DNA of 64,000 bases from Octopus vulgaris. Its lineage: Eukaryota. The stretch is from the NCBI GenBank assembly GCA_951406725.2, contig OX597819.1, positions 55,304,001 to 55,368,000 on the forward strand, read 5' to 3'. The position numbers were made by a program, and so were the translations under genes. Under the pieces are notes generated by a model, which had not been told where the DNA came from, did not search any database, and was given only the letters and a program-made list of their open reading frames with translations. Of the stretch, positions 12,497 through 26,819 are shown piece by piece (the first letter of the stretch is position 1; every line of letters begins with the position of its first letter).

Positions 12497-12837
12497 TATA
12501 TGTGTGTATATATATACATACACACACACACACATATATATATATACATACATACGTATATTGAAAGTAAAATGATAAAGAGCATGAGAATATTGAATTT
12601 ACTTGATGTCTAGAAAGAGGGAGCAGGTTTTCCTTATCAGTTTAATGCCAGACCTCACAATGTGACCTATCTATTATATTGATCTCAAGGGAGTAAGACT
12701 GTGTGAAATGGTGAAAACCCCATATCTAATACTTGCTAATACTCGAAACCATAGAATTTCCTTGTGAGAAAAATCTGCTTCTTCCACTGCTTGCAGATGG
12801 GTTTAATATTAACGTATGCTGACTACTACTGCTGCTA

Positions 12838-12869
<32 letters not shown>

Positions 12870-12932
12870 ACTACTACTACTATTACTACTACTACTATGA
12901 CTACAGCTATTACTGATGACAACAACTACTAT

Positions 12933-12974
<42 letters not shown>

Positions 12975-13475
12975 TACTGCTATTACTACCACAGTATGTA
13001 GCAGCAGCAAACAGAAAAGTGAATCTGCAGTTGTTCTTGCTTTAATAGAAGTTTCAATATGCATTGGCTGAAATACTCCTAAAGAAACCACAAAGACAAA
13101 TTAAATGATGTAAAAGAAACGTCTAGAAAAAGAAATGAATGGAGATTAAACGGTGGGATCAAAGATATCTTTCAGTTAATTCCAGTTTAAATAGGGAAAT
13201 GAAATGATTATACATTTAAAATCATAATGATTAATAGGGGTTTGTTTTTCTAAATTACAAAAATCCAACATTTCCTTTGTGATATGAAGTTAAAAAAAAA
13301 AAAAGAAAGAAAATTATCATGCTTTCCAGCTCACTGAGCGATCTTTACCAACCACACAAAAAGATACAGTGGGGGAAGGTTGGGGGTGAGGGGAGAGAAC
13401 AGAATACTTCAGGGTTAATGGTTAGTCGATCTCTCTTTCACGACTGTTGAAAAGATGCTTAAAGTGAACAGATGT

Positions 13476-14228
13476 ACGAGGGTTTGCTGAGAAGTTCCCA
13501 GACTTAGATAGTCTTATGACCAAATATGACCAAATCAGGTTACCATAAATCCTTGAGTATAGTCCGCCCTTGAGTATAATACACTGGGGATTTTTAAGGG
13601 GGCTATACCTCTGAAAAACCTAAACCTTGTGTATAATACGCACCCATTCTCTAACTTGAGTCGTGCGTAATTAAGCCAACAGCACCTAGTCGAACAAACA
13701 CTTCCGCACATGCGTAATACAATAATGGTGATGTTCTTAACTGTTATATGGGAATGTAAATATGTTTGCAAATTGTTTTTGTTACATGTTTATTCTGTGT
13801 TCTGAATACTTTTATTTTAATAAATGTTGCTTACTGCAAGTTATAGATGATTCTTTTATGACTTCATTGCTTTCAGACTTAGCTTAAGGTATTTTCACAT
13901 CCGACATCACAAAATGTGTCTGAATAAACATTGCTGGACAGCAAATAGAGACTCGGACATTGCTAAGAAAATATTTTTCATTTTTAATCTCATATATAAT
14001 ATGCATTAGGGATTTTGACCTTTAAATTTTTGGGGAAAAAATGCGGATTATACTTGAGGATTTACGGTACTTTTGAAGTCTTCTTTGAACAGTCAGATGT
14101 CAAGTTTACCTGGAAAGAGACAAATACTGTTATCAATAAAAAGCACTGAAATTAATGCTTACAAGATTTCACAGCTCTAACATCATTCCTTCATAGTCAG
14201 CCTATGAATGTTTCAGCCTAGCCTTCAA
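13476..14228. mobile_element. Old mariner-type non-autonomous relic hosting a nested MITE
   Basis: The left end TACGAGGGTTTGCTGAGAAGTTC and the right end ATGAATGTTTCAGCCTAGCCTTC are degenerate inverted mariner-like TIRs. Confidence 0.45.
13543..14067. mobile_element. pogo/Tigger-like MITE with TA TSD
   Basis: TA|CCATAAATCCTTGAGTATAGTCCGC at the left end and GCGGATTATACTTGAGGATTTACGG|TA at the right end. A second highly similar copy lies at 59126-59629. Confidence 0.85.
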
Positions 14229-14574
14229 CAGGGGTATTTTGTTGTTTTTATATTTTCCATCTGTTTTACAAATGCTTCTCTGTTTCTCTATAACATCGAT
14301 GAGATGGTCTTTGCTCAAGCAACTCTTTTGATAGCTGAATAAAACCTTCTTACAAGTAATCATTCAGCTGTGAAGTAGGAGTGAAAGTTCTTGTTGATTA
14401 GGTAAATAAACTTGCACCCACTGTTGCGACATGAATTTTACGATGCATGTGTTTTTTGTAGCAGTTGACATCATGTTTGATAGCGTTGGCAAATTTAAAA
14501 GAAAACGCAAGAACAATTATTGTAAAAAGAAAAAGCCAAGATTATCAACGACTAGTGAGTCGAGGTTAGAAGAA

Positions 14575-14605
<31 letters not shown>

Positions 14606-14814
14606 GAGGAGGAGGAAGAGGGAGGAGGTGGAAGAAGAAGGAGGGAGTAGGTGGAAGAGGAAGAAGAAGAGGAGGAGGAGGAGGAGGAGGCAGAGGAAGA
14701 GGAGGAGGAGGAGGAGGCCGTTATATAGCAATATCTACAACGAACTTCTGGATATATTTATGATCAAACCTGAAAGATACAAATCAATTGTACTGATGTA
14801 TCTTTGTTTGGGTT

Positions 14815-15912
14815 ACTCTTTACTCTTTTACTTGTTTCAGTCATTTGACTGTGGCCATGCTGGGGCACCACCTTTAGTCAAGCAAATGAACCCCAAGACT
14901 TATTCTTTGTAAGCCTAGTACTTATTCTATCGGTCTCTTTTGCCGAACTGCTAAGTTCGGTTGTCAAGCAATGTTGGGGGGACAAACACAGACACACAAA
15001 CGTATACGCACACACACATACACACATGAACATATATATATATACATATATCATCATCATCATCATCGTCGTTTAACGTCCGTTCTCCATGCTAGCATGG
15101 GTTGGACGGTTCGACCGGGGTTCTGGGAAGCCAGAAGGCTGCACCAGGCTCCAGTCTAATCTGGCAATGTTTCTACAGCTGGATGCCCTTCCTAACGCCA
15201 ACCACTCCGTGAGTGTAGTGGGTGCTTTTTACGTGCCACCTGCACAGGTGCCAGGCGGGGCTGGCAACGGCCACGGTCAGATTGGTGTATTTTATGTGCC
15301 ACCGGCACGGAAGCCAGTCGAGGCGGTGCTGGCATCGGCCACGAGTCGGATAGTGCTTTTTACGTACCACCAGACCAGGGATCCTGGCTGGTTCAATTCA
15401 ATTTCGATTTCGCTTGCCCCAACATGTCTTCACAAGCAAAGGGGGTTGGCAAGGGTGCCTGTCATACGGTCGCATTGGAGTATTTTACGTGCCACGGCCA
15501 CGAGTTGGATAGTGCTTTTTACGTACCACCAGACCAGGGATCCTGGCTGGTTCAATTCGATTTCGATTTCGCTTGCCCCAACATGTCTTCACAAGCAAAG
15601 GGGGTTGGCATGGGTGCCTGTCGTACGGTCGCATTGGAGTATTTTACGTGCCACGGCCACGAGTCGGATAGCGCTTTTTACGTACCACCAGGCCAGGGAT
15701 CCTGGCTGGTTCAATTCGGTTTCGATACATACACACATATGTACGATGGGCTTCTTTCAGTTTCCGCCTACCAAATCCACTCACAAGGCTTTGGTCAGCC
15801 CGAGGCTATAGTAGAAGACACTTGCCCAAGTGGGTCTGAACCCGGTGGGTCTGAACCCGGAACCATATGGTTCATAAGCAAGCTACCTACCACACAGCCA
15901 CTCCTATGCCTA
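14815..15912 (-). mobile_element. Family A SINE split at its microsatellite by a family C element (15052-15726) carrying 2.4 copies of a 159-bp tandem repeat
   Basis: Family A 3' half at 14815-15040 and 5' half at 15730-15912. Tandem units start at 15337, 15496 and 15655. Confidence 0.85.
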
Positions 15913-17919
15913 TGGTACGGCATACGCCTACGCTTAAGGGTTAATAAGCAAACAGTTTCCACAAGACCATCATATTGCTGTATTCCTTGAATTATTGGTG
16001 AAGTCTGTATTTCTGGTCAGTCATTTTTCTTCATATCTTGATACCAAGATATTTATCTCATTTTGTGGTAACAAGTGAACAGTTTCTACACCCACCCTAC
16101 CCTCTGGCCCTTGGGTACCTTTTAGTGAAGTCCATTGTATTGCCAGGATTCAGGCCTAGTCTGCAGTGTGAGTAAAACTTCCTCCTTTCTTCCTACTCTC
16201 TTGACAATGGCACATAAAAATACCAACTAAGATCTCAGAGTGGTTAGTGTTAGGAAGGGCATCCTGCTGTAGAAACCTTGCCAAATCAGAATGGAACCTG
16301 GTGCAGCTCCCTGGCTTACCAGTTTTCAGCCAAACCGTCCAACCCATGCCAGCATGGAAAATAGACTTTAAATGATGATGACAACGATGATGATGATGAG
16401 TATTGTTCATCTTTCTCTGACCACAAAATTAAAAAAGAAAGAAAAAAATCCAGAGTTAATGGTATAGTGGAGTTTGAACTCACAATTATGTGATCAGTAA
16501 CTCAGTACCTTAGCTTCTTAGGCATTGTGTAGACATTCAGTCATGGTCAAGGAGAGAAATAATATATGAAGATATTATTGAAGGACAAGAGGAATGGGAA
16601 GAATTATGGAAATTCACTGGACGTAGCTCATTTGTCAGCTGGGATGTTTGATTTAATCCTCAACTTGCTTCAAGCACTATCTTGCAAGAGAACTGTTAGT
16701 TCTCTCAGGTTCTCTTCAAGCACTCTCACAATGGCTTTTGCTCCTGTGAACCACATAACTGTATCATCACCACCCCAGGGACATGTATCCCACTTGTCTT
16801 TCTTCTTATCATCTTTTTTACAGAGTCTTATCTCATCTCTCAGGACTCTCATTAAAAACACTTTTCCAACTTCCAACCCTCTCTCTCTTTCTCTCACTCA
16901 CTTCTCACAACACTGCAGTCCTCTGGGATTCTCTCCCCCCCCCCACTCAAATTTTCTCTACAGATATATATCTGATGTGATTGATAGTCAACCCAAGCTG
17001 ACCATGAACCACACTAATCTCACCAGTTTGTAGAAGGTCTGCCAAGACCATAGATACTGGCTCTTCTGCTTTGACTTATTTCATTTAAAAGAAAGGGGGT
17101 GGGGCACAGCAGTGCGAAAGATTTGCAATCACAACTTAACCTCAGCTGTATGTAATTAGCTCTGGTATTGTCACTGTTGTCCACCCTGCTCATAATGAGA
17201 AATATGGTACCACAGTTTAGGTCCAGTTGCTGAGCTAGACATAGCTTCAACATAGTTTTTTTTTCCATTTTTTTATTTCTTAATTGCTTAGTCAAGAGGA
17301 AAAGCAGAGCCCATGACCTTTACATGGCTTCCAAGAATTGTGGGAAGGAAAGGGAAATATATTCTGATGCTGGAAGCCTGATCTGAATATTTGCAACAGA
17401 GTGAACTACATTAAAGGCACTGAAGGGTTGTGTAGAGGTGGTTAAGTCTACCATTCAACCAGACCAAGGATTTGTGTAAGGTGGGCTTTGTGTAAAGAGT
17501 TAAAACAAATACTGTAAGGTATTTTGTCTGACATTCTAACAGTTCTGCCAGTCAACTATCCTAGAATGGTACTTGGCCAAGTTGACCCTTGGCATGATGA
17601 CATCAAAATGGACTATATGGCCCCTATTGAATTCCTTCAATAACTGGATATTCTTCCTGCTGCTAACCAGTCAGCTTTGAAATAGGAGTGAAAGCTGTTG
17701 TTAGTTGGGTAGACTAACACCATCAGATAGCCATTTGGATTCCCCACCCCACCGTCTCTTTCCTCTCAACAGTCATTATTTGTAAAACAAGAAATATACA
17801 AATTTCTTCTTTGATATCAAATTGCCACATTTGGGACACTGACTCCTTACAAGACATCCAGTTTCCAGCTAATCAATTTAAGTGTGAGAACTTAGTACAA
17901 AATAACAGACAGACACACA

Positions 17920-17972
<53 letters not shown>

Positions 17973-18783
17973 ACACACACACACACTCATATACTTCATT
18001 TAATTTATGAGCACTTTTTTTTTTATTGCTTCCAACTGCAAAACAAATGTTTACACATGAACCTACACATGCAAGCAAGTTAGATTTATCAGTAACCCTC
18101 CAATACATTTCATTCACAAAACTACTACTGTCTGGCTGCCTGCTGGCCTGCCTGCCTGGCCCTCTCCCCTCCCTCCCTCCCTCCCTCTCTCGCATATCTA
18201 TATCTATCTATTCCTATGTGTATCTGTGTGGATGCATGATAGTTCTCCTTACAAACTGCAAAAGTAATAGTGAAAGATAACAGGCTACAGTATCAAATGT
18301 TCCACTCCAAAATGTCTAACAGCTGTCAGCCAAGCACTTGAGGCTGGGAGATAATCTCTTAACTCAAGAAACTTATCACGAAATTTCTTAAAACTACACC
18401 AGACTATTGGGTTCTATTTCACACTGTTGACAAATAAAGATTCCTCAAGGGCTACTTTTGTGTCTTCTAAAGGCTAAAATGCTAATGTTGTGACTAATGA
18501 GTGACTATTAAATGATGTCTATGTATGTCTATGCTTCAAACTACTTGAGTAAAGGCAACTGTCTGTCATACATCAGAGGCCATTTTAGTGCAGAAAACTT
18601 TGTCAACTTGAACTTTTCTTTGTATATCTACAGATCAAAGTACTTATCAAGACTGACCAGAAAGTTTAATATTATGCAAAATGTAATTAACAAACAAAGA
18701 GCAGCAAACTCCTCAAATCTCAATAAAACATTTCTCAAGTTGAGAATGATTATGTAATGCAAGGATCTGTTTCTTTGCTCTTG

Positions 18784-18822
<39 letters not shown>

Positions 18823-21800
18823 AGCCTCTCACTTTTAAGACACATAGGTCGAACAGTTTAACACCACTGCAGGTCCTTGGGTGCATCTAGCAGAGTTCGC
18901 TCTGTAACAAGCATTCACACAAAACCCCCAGCCAAGCTACTTCTCAACCATGCTCTTTTTGTAGGCAGTGACTTACTGAGGTTCTCACTGGGGACCATCT
19001 CTCAAGATTGCCAACCTAACTCAGAATGTAAAGACAGACAAAATACTGCTAAGCATTTTGCCTGGCATGCTAACGTTTTAGGCAGTTCACTGCCTTCAGG
19101 TAACTTCATAATGTAGGAAGACTAAAAAGCCTTTGGCTGCCATCTCTTCTTTTCCATTTATCAAATAAAATAGAAATATTTGAGAGGAGTGCCATGGGTA
19201 ACCTCTCTGATAGCTTAACATTACTGATTTCTCCTAAGTAAATAGTTCCAGATTATTACCCCTTCAACGTGATTAGAGTATCAGGCTCACAATCATGAGG
19301 TAGAGAGTTTGATTCCCAGATCAAGCTGTGTGTTGTGTTCTTTGATATCAAATTTGATATCAAATTGAGCAAGACACTTTATTTCATGCTGCTGCAGTTC
19401 ATTCAGCTGTAGAAATGAGTTGCGATGTCATTGGTGCCAAGTTGTATTGGCCTTTGCTTTTCCCTTGGATAACATCAGTAGTGTTAGAGAGGGGAGGCTG
19501 GCATGCATGGGTGACTGCTGGTCTTCCACAAACAACTTTGCCCAGACTTGTACCTCAAAGGAGAACTTTCTAGGTTCAATCCCATGGTCATTCACGATCA
19601 AAGGGAGTCTTTATACTTTGTCAACTGTAATGCTTATTTATTCACATTGTTTTCAATTAATCATGCACTATCTTGTAACTTTCAGATTTTTATGAGGTAA
19701 CTGTTATTTTTAGAATGATATTGTACGGCAGGTGTGAGGGAACCAGATCTAGCCAGTTTGAACACAAAACAGGTAGAATATTTTGGTTGGATATGGCTGG
19801 TTTAAACGCCAATGAGTTAAAAGAAAATTAAGACTGAAACTAACTGAAGCTTGGACCAGATATAAGGAAAATTAACTAAGTTTTATGCAAGCATTTAGAA
19901 TGATGTTGGTAGAAGATGATACTTCCAACTTCAATTTATATATTAGGATTGTCTTGTTGAATATTTTCTAAATAATAATCACCAACTAAAACCATGGAAA
20001 AAAAATAAAAACAAAACAATGACCTAATATTCAGAACTAAAAGAATAATTATTGCTTCAAGGTATTAATAAAATAGAAAAGAAAAACAAACAAAAAAGAG
20101 CCAAGAATGTTTCTCTTTGTTCATCAGAGATGATAGAACCAGTTTGTAATTTCCTCATGAAATAATTCTCAAACCAATTGCTTTTAGTTTGTGTGTGTGT
20201 GTTTAGTCTCTCTGTTTTTTGTGTATAATGTGTGTGTGTGTGTGTGTGTGTCCTGATATAAATAAAACAAAATAAAAACACACAATCATGTAATTATGAG
20301 AACAATCTCCCTATTTTCTTAAGGAAATTGCAAATAAATGCAAACGGCAAATAGATCTTTTTTGTCTTGTTTTTGTATTTTTTTTTGTTTTGTTTCTGCT
20401 TTCAGAGGGGGTAAAAAAATCCAAGATTTTATTTGATGGTTTTAAAATAAACCAACAGAATGTACTAAACTTGTGTAATATCATTTTTAGTCAAAACAGT
20501 TTAGTTGCATCTTATTAAGCATTTAAATTAAACATAATTTCAACTAAAATTACACAGATTGTTTTTCTTAACTTCTACGTCTTCTTTCTTTCTGTCTGTC
20601 TGTCTGTCTATCTCTCTCTCTCTCTCAAGCAATCTTCAAAGAAACATGTATTTAGGTCAGTACACATAACTGGAATGCAAATCTAGTGCCTGTTTTGTAT
20701 GGTCAACTGATATTGAAAAATCTTTCTGTTAGATAACTAGATATTCTGTTGCTATATTTGGAGGTTGTCAATAAAGAATCTCCTTTTGATATATATATAT
20801 ATATATATATTTCTGTATAATTTGTTAGGATTTTCTGCTATCTTGAAGCAGTAGACCAACCTGTCAACCTTACATCACCAGTTCATGAGAAACATGCATT
20901 TATGATGCAAATATGATGACATGACAAGACCAAAGTCTATTTTAAAAATCAAAGTAAAGGCTTAGTTTACTTGAATGTGTGTGTGTGTGTGTGTGTGCGT
21001 GCGCGCGTGCATGTAAGCATGCATATGTGTATGTATGAGGGTAAGTGTACATGGGTGCTTCTTAATTTTCCAGTAGAGTTTTCGAAAGTTAACACACAGC
21101 TACATACATATATTATTTTTTAATTTTTATATAATTGAATCCTTCCCAGAAAGAGCTGGTTCCTATCATAGAAACAATGATCCATCACTTGAATTTACAT
21201 GGCAATAATGGGGAAGAGTTAGATGTTGAACTTCACATGGCAACAGGAAGGGCATCCAACCATAGAAACCAGCCCAAAACAGACAACTAGAGCCTGGTGT
21301 AGTTCTCTGGGTTGTCAGCTTCTGTCAAACCATCCAACCCATGCCAGCATGGAAAATGGATGATGATGATGATAATGATGATGATGATGATAATGATGAT
21401 GATGATGATATCTATTGAAATATACTGCCTTAGTTTCAATTAATTTTGAAATTAATGAAGAATTTAATAAAATAACTGTCATTTTTAAGGCAGACATTGC
21501 AAGTCCAATAAAAGTGCCAACTTGGTGGTGCCTGGCATGAATAAGTTCACCAAAAGCTGCATTATGAAAAGATTTAGAGAAAATAACCACATCGCAATGT
21601 CTGTTTGTGTAGGTTAACAAGGGATATATTCAGACCTTAGCTCAAAAAATAAATTGCAATCTCCACCCAATGCCAGTACAGCAATAAACCTGCAACTTGT
21701 TCTGGTACGTGTGGCATTGAAGCACAAAGGCTGCAGATCTTGTGACCCTGAAGTTGATCTAAGAGGTGGTTGGGAATCAGAATGTCACAGCTCTGACAAG

Positions 21801-22832
21801 AAAGATTAATAACAGTTGTTTCTGATTGGACCTTATGGAGGAGGTGTCTAAGGACTCTACACCTGTGACTCACCTCGGAATAGTAGGAGACAAAAATGGA
21901 TGAATGGATGGAATAATCAAGCAGGTGTTTAGAACTTACTCTTTTACTTGTTTCAGTCATTTGACTGTGGCCATGCTGTAGCACTGCCTTTAGTCGAGCA
22001 AATTGACTCCAGGACTTATTCTTTGTAAGCCTAGTACTTATTCTATCGGTCTCTTTTTGCTGAACCGCTAAGTTACGGGGATGTAAACACTCCAGCATTG
22101 AACCTGGAACCATGTGGTTGGTAAGCAAGCTACTTACCACACAGCCACTTCTAAATAAATATTTTTTTACTTTCTTTTATTGGTTTCAGTCATTTGACTG
22201 CAGCCATGCTGGAGCACCACCTTGAAGGGATTTAGATGAATAAATCGACCTCAGAACTTATTTTTATAACCCAGTGCTTATTCTTTTGCCAAATCGCATG
22301 TTACACATCAAATGCTAAGTAAACACACCAACACCAGTTGTCAAGCAGTGATGGCAGAAGGAGAAACATAGACACAAAAACACACACACACAGATATATA
22401 CATGACAGGCTTCTTTCAGTTTCCGTCTACCAAATCCGATCACAAAGCTTTGGTCAGCTCAAGGCTATAGTAGAAGACACTCCAGAACCATGTGGTTGGG
22501 AAGCAAGTTTCTTACCATGCAGCCATACCTGTGCCTGTATTATTTTGGTGGAAAATTTTAATTTAACTCACTTTCAAAGATCACAAACCCAAGAGTGGTC
22601 TCAGGTGGGTTGGTATCAAAAGGATCAAATAAGGGTTTAAGCAATGTAATCCACCACTGCCCTTGACCGGTACATACATTATTGATCAGGAAATTATGAC
22701 TGGTTAAGCCAACCTGGGCAGGACATGAACTCAAAACATAAAGAGATATAACTAAATAAAGGCATAGCATCTGCTGCAATTAAATTTCTGCTCCTTGACA
22801 TACTTCTAATTTACCTTACACATAATTAATTA

Positions 22833-23283
22833 CACTGGGCAACAACCAAAATGTTTCTGAGTCAAGAGTAGTAATTTCCAACTAATTTTAGGCCGCTGAT
22901 AATGGATATTATAGTTAAAACTGTGGGGCAGTTACTGATGAACATGGTCAAGGGTTTCATCAAGATATTTCAACCATGGACAAGCATTACCAGGGCAAAT
23001 GGAGCAAAACGATGCTTGCTTGGACATTGGCAAGAGATTATTCTTCAGCCCTCTATATGCATCAAGCAAAAAGGCAGAGAGTAGATATGGACTAGAGCTT
23101 TAAACATAATGACACATATTGTACGTTATAATAAAATAATCAAATATTACATGTCGTGTATCTTTAAGCTTACAGCTAATTAGCATTTTTCAAGGTGATA
23201 TTTGGATTCAGGACATGAAAATACATAGAAATTGACTAATCTCATTTAAGAAGCACACAACTTTTCAAAAGTTGTTGACAGTG
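22833..23283 (+). mobile_element. Internally deleted DNA transposon, probably TcMar m44-like
   Basis: Translates NCGAVTDEHGQGFHQDISTMDKHYQGKWSKTMLA, matching the motif GAVSDEHGERFHQDI..MEKRYQG.W. Ends are CACTGGGCAACAA and TTGTTGACAGTG. The family name is from recall. Confidence 0.7.
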
Positions 23284-24143
23284 TTATTCAGTATCCCATT
23301 TTGTTACTTTTTAGTATCACAATCTTTTGTTATACTCTTGTAACCTGTTCATGATTCTATAACTATAATTGCATGTGTGTGTATGTGTGTGTTTTACAAT
23401 TTTTTATTTAGTTGTTTTGGACAAAAAAAGGCACAAAAAAAAAAAGAAATGCATATATCACCCCCACCACCACACACACACATATAAATCTTTCCTTTAA
23501 TACACACATACTAATGTATATATGCATAGATGAGTGGAGGCTACCATACTTAATGTAACAAACCAAAAATAATTTCTAACCAACTTTAATTAAAAAGAAA
23601 AGTCATTAGTATTAATGAAAATATGTTTCAAAAGAGATAAGAAAGAGTATTTTGAAATTTTAATTAACCGAAAATTAAAACAAAGTTTTACTCCCTAAAT
23701 GGAACAGTAAAACTGTACAAGACATTACTAAAGTTCAACATCTAACACTTTTCCATTATTGTCATGTAAATTTGAGTGATGGATCATTGTTATTATGTCA
23801 AAAACCAGCTCCTTCTGGTAAGGTTTCAAATATATAAAAATGAAAAATAGTATACACATATGCATATAGAGGAACACTGGTGGACCTGGCCAGCTCTATG
23901 CATGATGACACCTCTGGGACACTAACCTCGGATAACCCTCCAGCCTCATCAATCAAAAAAGCTGTCAACTAGGTATCAAATATAATCACCTATTGAACTT
24001 CCTTCCTTAACATGTAAAACATGTCTCCTCATCACGATGGCCAATGACAGAGGCCTCACAAAGAGGATGACATACACCAGTGTTGCAAGACTAAGATTCA
24101 CACAGCCATTCCTGCACCTATACATACAAAAACCTCTCTCAAG

Positions 24144-24467
24144 ACAACATCAACGATTAGCCAGAGATAATTTTTAAAATGAGAATATCTGAAATATACT
24201 CAACTGCTCTCACAAACGGGAATACTAAAAATAAACCTGACCGCTCTCAAAAATTAAGTAAAAAAATAACCGGAAAAATAATCCAGAATCGTTGTCCAGT
24301 ACTGGATCGATCCCAAAATCTAATCAGTTCATGCCAGTCATGAGGCCAAACATCCTTGTAAGTTTCATCCAAATCCATCTAGCAGTTCTTGAGATATCTT
24401 GTCCAAGGACAAACAAACAGACATGACAAAACAATACTTCCACCTTTCACTAAGGCAGAGGTAATAA
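24144..24467 (-). mobile_element. Second, 3'-truncated HINE copy
   Basis: The reverse complement aligns with 9471-9795. Confidence 0.75.
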
Positions 24468-25533
24468 ATAAAAATAATATGTTAATAATAACAATCATTT
24501 CAACATTGTCTTTGGGCAAGCAATTATCAGATTGAAATTACACAAAACTACTAAAGTGTCAATCAATTAGGGAAATTTGGCAGAAATAGATTTTGATATT
24601 AACGTCTTATTAATGTAGTGTTTCGTATTAAAAAAAAACAAACTAACAAGTAACTGGAAAACAGATCGAGACATGAAATATCCAATTCTGCATCACATAC
24701 TCACACATACATGGACTCATTCTTGTATACATACTTAAGCACAAGATTACTGACACATGCACACACACACACACACACACACACATGTATATGCAAGTGC
24801 GAAAATTTCTGTCAATAGATGGTTCTATATAATACAGCTAAAGTGATATTATTATTGGCACATCGGAACAAAAAATGTCTAACAATATTTGTTCAAGCTC
24901 CTTAATACCCTGAGTCCAAATCCCACCAAGGTCAAGTTTGCCTTTCATCCTTTTGGGAATCAATAAAATAAAATGCCAGTTAAGTACTTGTAATCATCAT
25001 CATCATCATCATCACCATCACGCAATGCTGGACATTACTGTCTTGAGTCCTAAAGCTCATAAGGCCAGTTATCAAGTTTCCTTGGCATATAAGTGACAGA
25101 GATCATGATCATTCCCCACTGAACAGGGCACTAGTCTGTAACAGCATTACTCAATTACAGATGAGTGGACTGGAGCAGTGTAAAATGAAGTGTTTTGCTC
25201 AAGAACACAAATGCACTACCCAGTCCAGGAATTGAAACTACAATCTTGTGATCAGCATGGTTGCCGTCTAATGACTGAAACAAGATAAAAGAGAAGTACT
25301 CACAAGACAACATACCTCAATTGTGTGGGGTATATTAATGAGGGATGTGAGAGTATGATAGAGGGAGAGGAACAAGTGTTTTACTGAAGGGTTGAATGCA
25401 GGGCTTCCTCATTGTGAAAGAGAGAGAGATGCGAGGTCAAGGAACAAGGTGAATGTGAGGGATAGAATAGAGACAGAAAAATGGAAAGGATGGGAGGGTA
25501 GATAAATGTTAAAATAGATGTTAATAAATATTA

Positions 25534-25970
25534 GGTGCAGGTATGGTAAGAAGCTTGTTTCCCAACCACATGGTTTTGGGTTCAGTCCCACCACATGGCA
25601 CCTTGGGCAAGTGTCTTCTACTATAGTCTCGGGCTGACCAAAGCCTGTGAGTGGATTTGGTAGAGAGAAACTGAAAGAAGCCCATCATATATATATGTGG
25701 GTGTGTGTGTGTGTCTATGTGTGTGTATGTCTGTGTGTGCGCGTGTGTGTGTCTATGTGTGTGTGTGTGCGTGTGTGTTATTCCCCCCACCATCACTTGA
25801 CAACTGATATTGATGTGTTTACATCCCTGTAACTTAGCGGTTTGGCAAAAGACCGATAGAATAAGTACTAGGTGTACGAAGAATAAGTCCTGGGGTTGAC
25901 TTGTTCGACTAAAGGTGGTGCTCCAGCATGACCGCAATCAAATGACTGAAAGATTTAAAAGAATAAAAGA
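25534..25970 (+). mobile_element. Family A SINE
   Basis: Full-length homology to 3498-3902. Confidence 0.85.
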
Positions 25971-26584
25971 AGAACTCATCAGCTTGTTGTCAGTAAGCAA
26001 AGCTAACACGTGGATGGGTAGAAATAGGATGGTTTCAAGAAATTCAAGATGTGAGTTAAGCTACTTGAATTCAACATCATTCATTGATTAAAACATCAGA
26101 TTTCATTAGCAGTTACTTGAAATTTTTCTCAAATTTAAACAGATTGTTGGGTTGTCAGTAGTAAGTCAAAACTGTTTGCAGTGAGTTGCAGTTTATATTT
26201 TTATCATTTTTACAAGTATCAACACCTGCAACAAAACCACTAAAGAGATCAAGAGATAAATTGGCGACATGTGAAGATACACGCGGAATGAATAAGCGAA
26301 CATGTAAGATAATAATATATTAATAAACCTGAAGATATATTATCGGTGCATTGACTGTAAGTTCTACATGTCTAGTTAGAGTAATAACTAAAAATATTTT
26401 TGTTTCGTTGTTAAATAGGTGTAAACATGGCTGTGTGGTTAAGAAGCTCACTTTGCAACCAAGTGCTTTCAGGTTCAGTCTCACTGCACAGCACATAGGG
26501 GAAATGTTTTCTACTATAGCTACAGGCCAACTAATACCTTGTGAGTGAATTTAGTAGACAAAAAACTGTGAGGAAGCCTGTCAT

Positions 26585-26631
<47 letters not shown>

Positions 26632-26819
26632 AATGAAAAGCCTATGTGTATATGTTTTCGTGTTGGTCACCTCTCCTTACAGCTTAACAACTGGTGTTGG
26701 TTTGTTTACATCCCTATAACTTGGAATTTTGGTAAAATTCTACTAAAGTCTTGGGCTGGCCAAAGCCTTGTGAGTAGATTTGGTAGACAGAAAGTGAAAG
26801 AAGCCTGTCATATATACAT

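Noticed and set aside
14250-14480. Possible Dong/R4 RT remnant on minus (…LFSYQKSCLSKDHLID)
   Set aside because: The similarity is too weak and fragmentary to call.
15089-15990. 240-aa and 188-aa ORFs
   Set aside because: They lie wholly within SINE and tandem-repeat sequence.
18253-18255. 3-nt microexon ttttgcag|TTT|gtaagg
   Set aside because: Such motifs arise by chance in AT-rich DNA; kept only as a weak member of the series.
20406-20410. Plus-strand 5-nt exon ctttcag|AGGGG|gtaaaa
   Set aside because: Weak donor, frame-shifting length and opposite strand to the other candidates.
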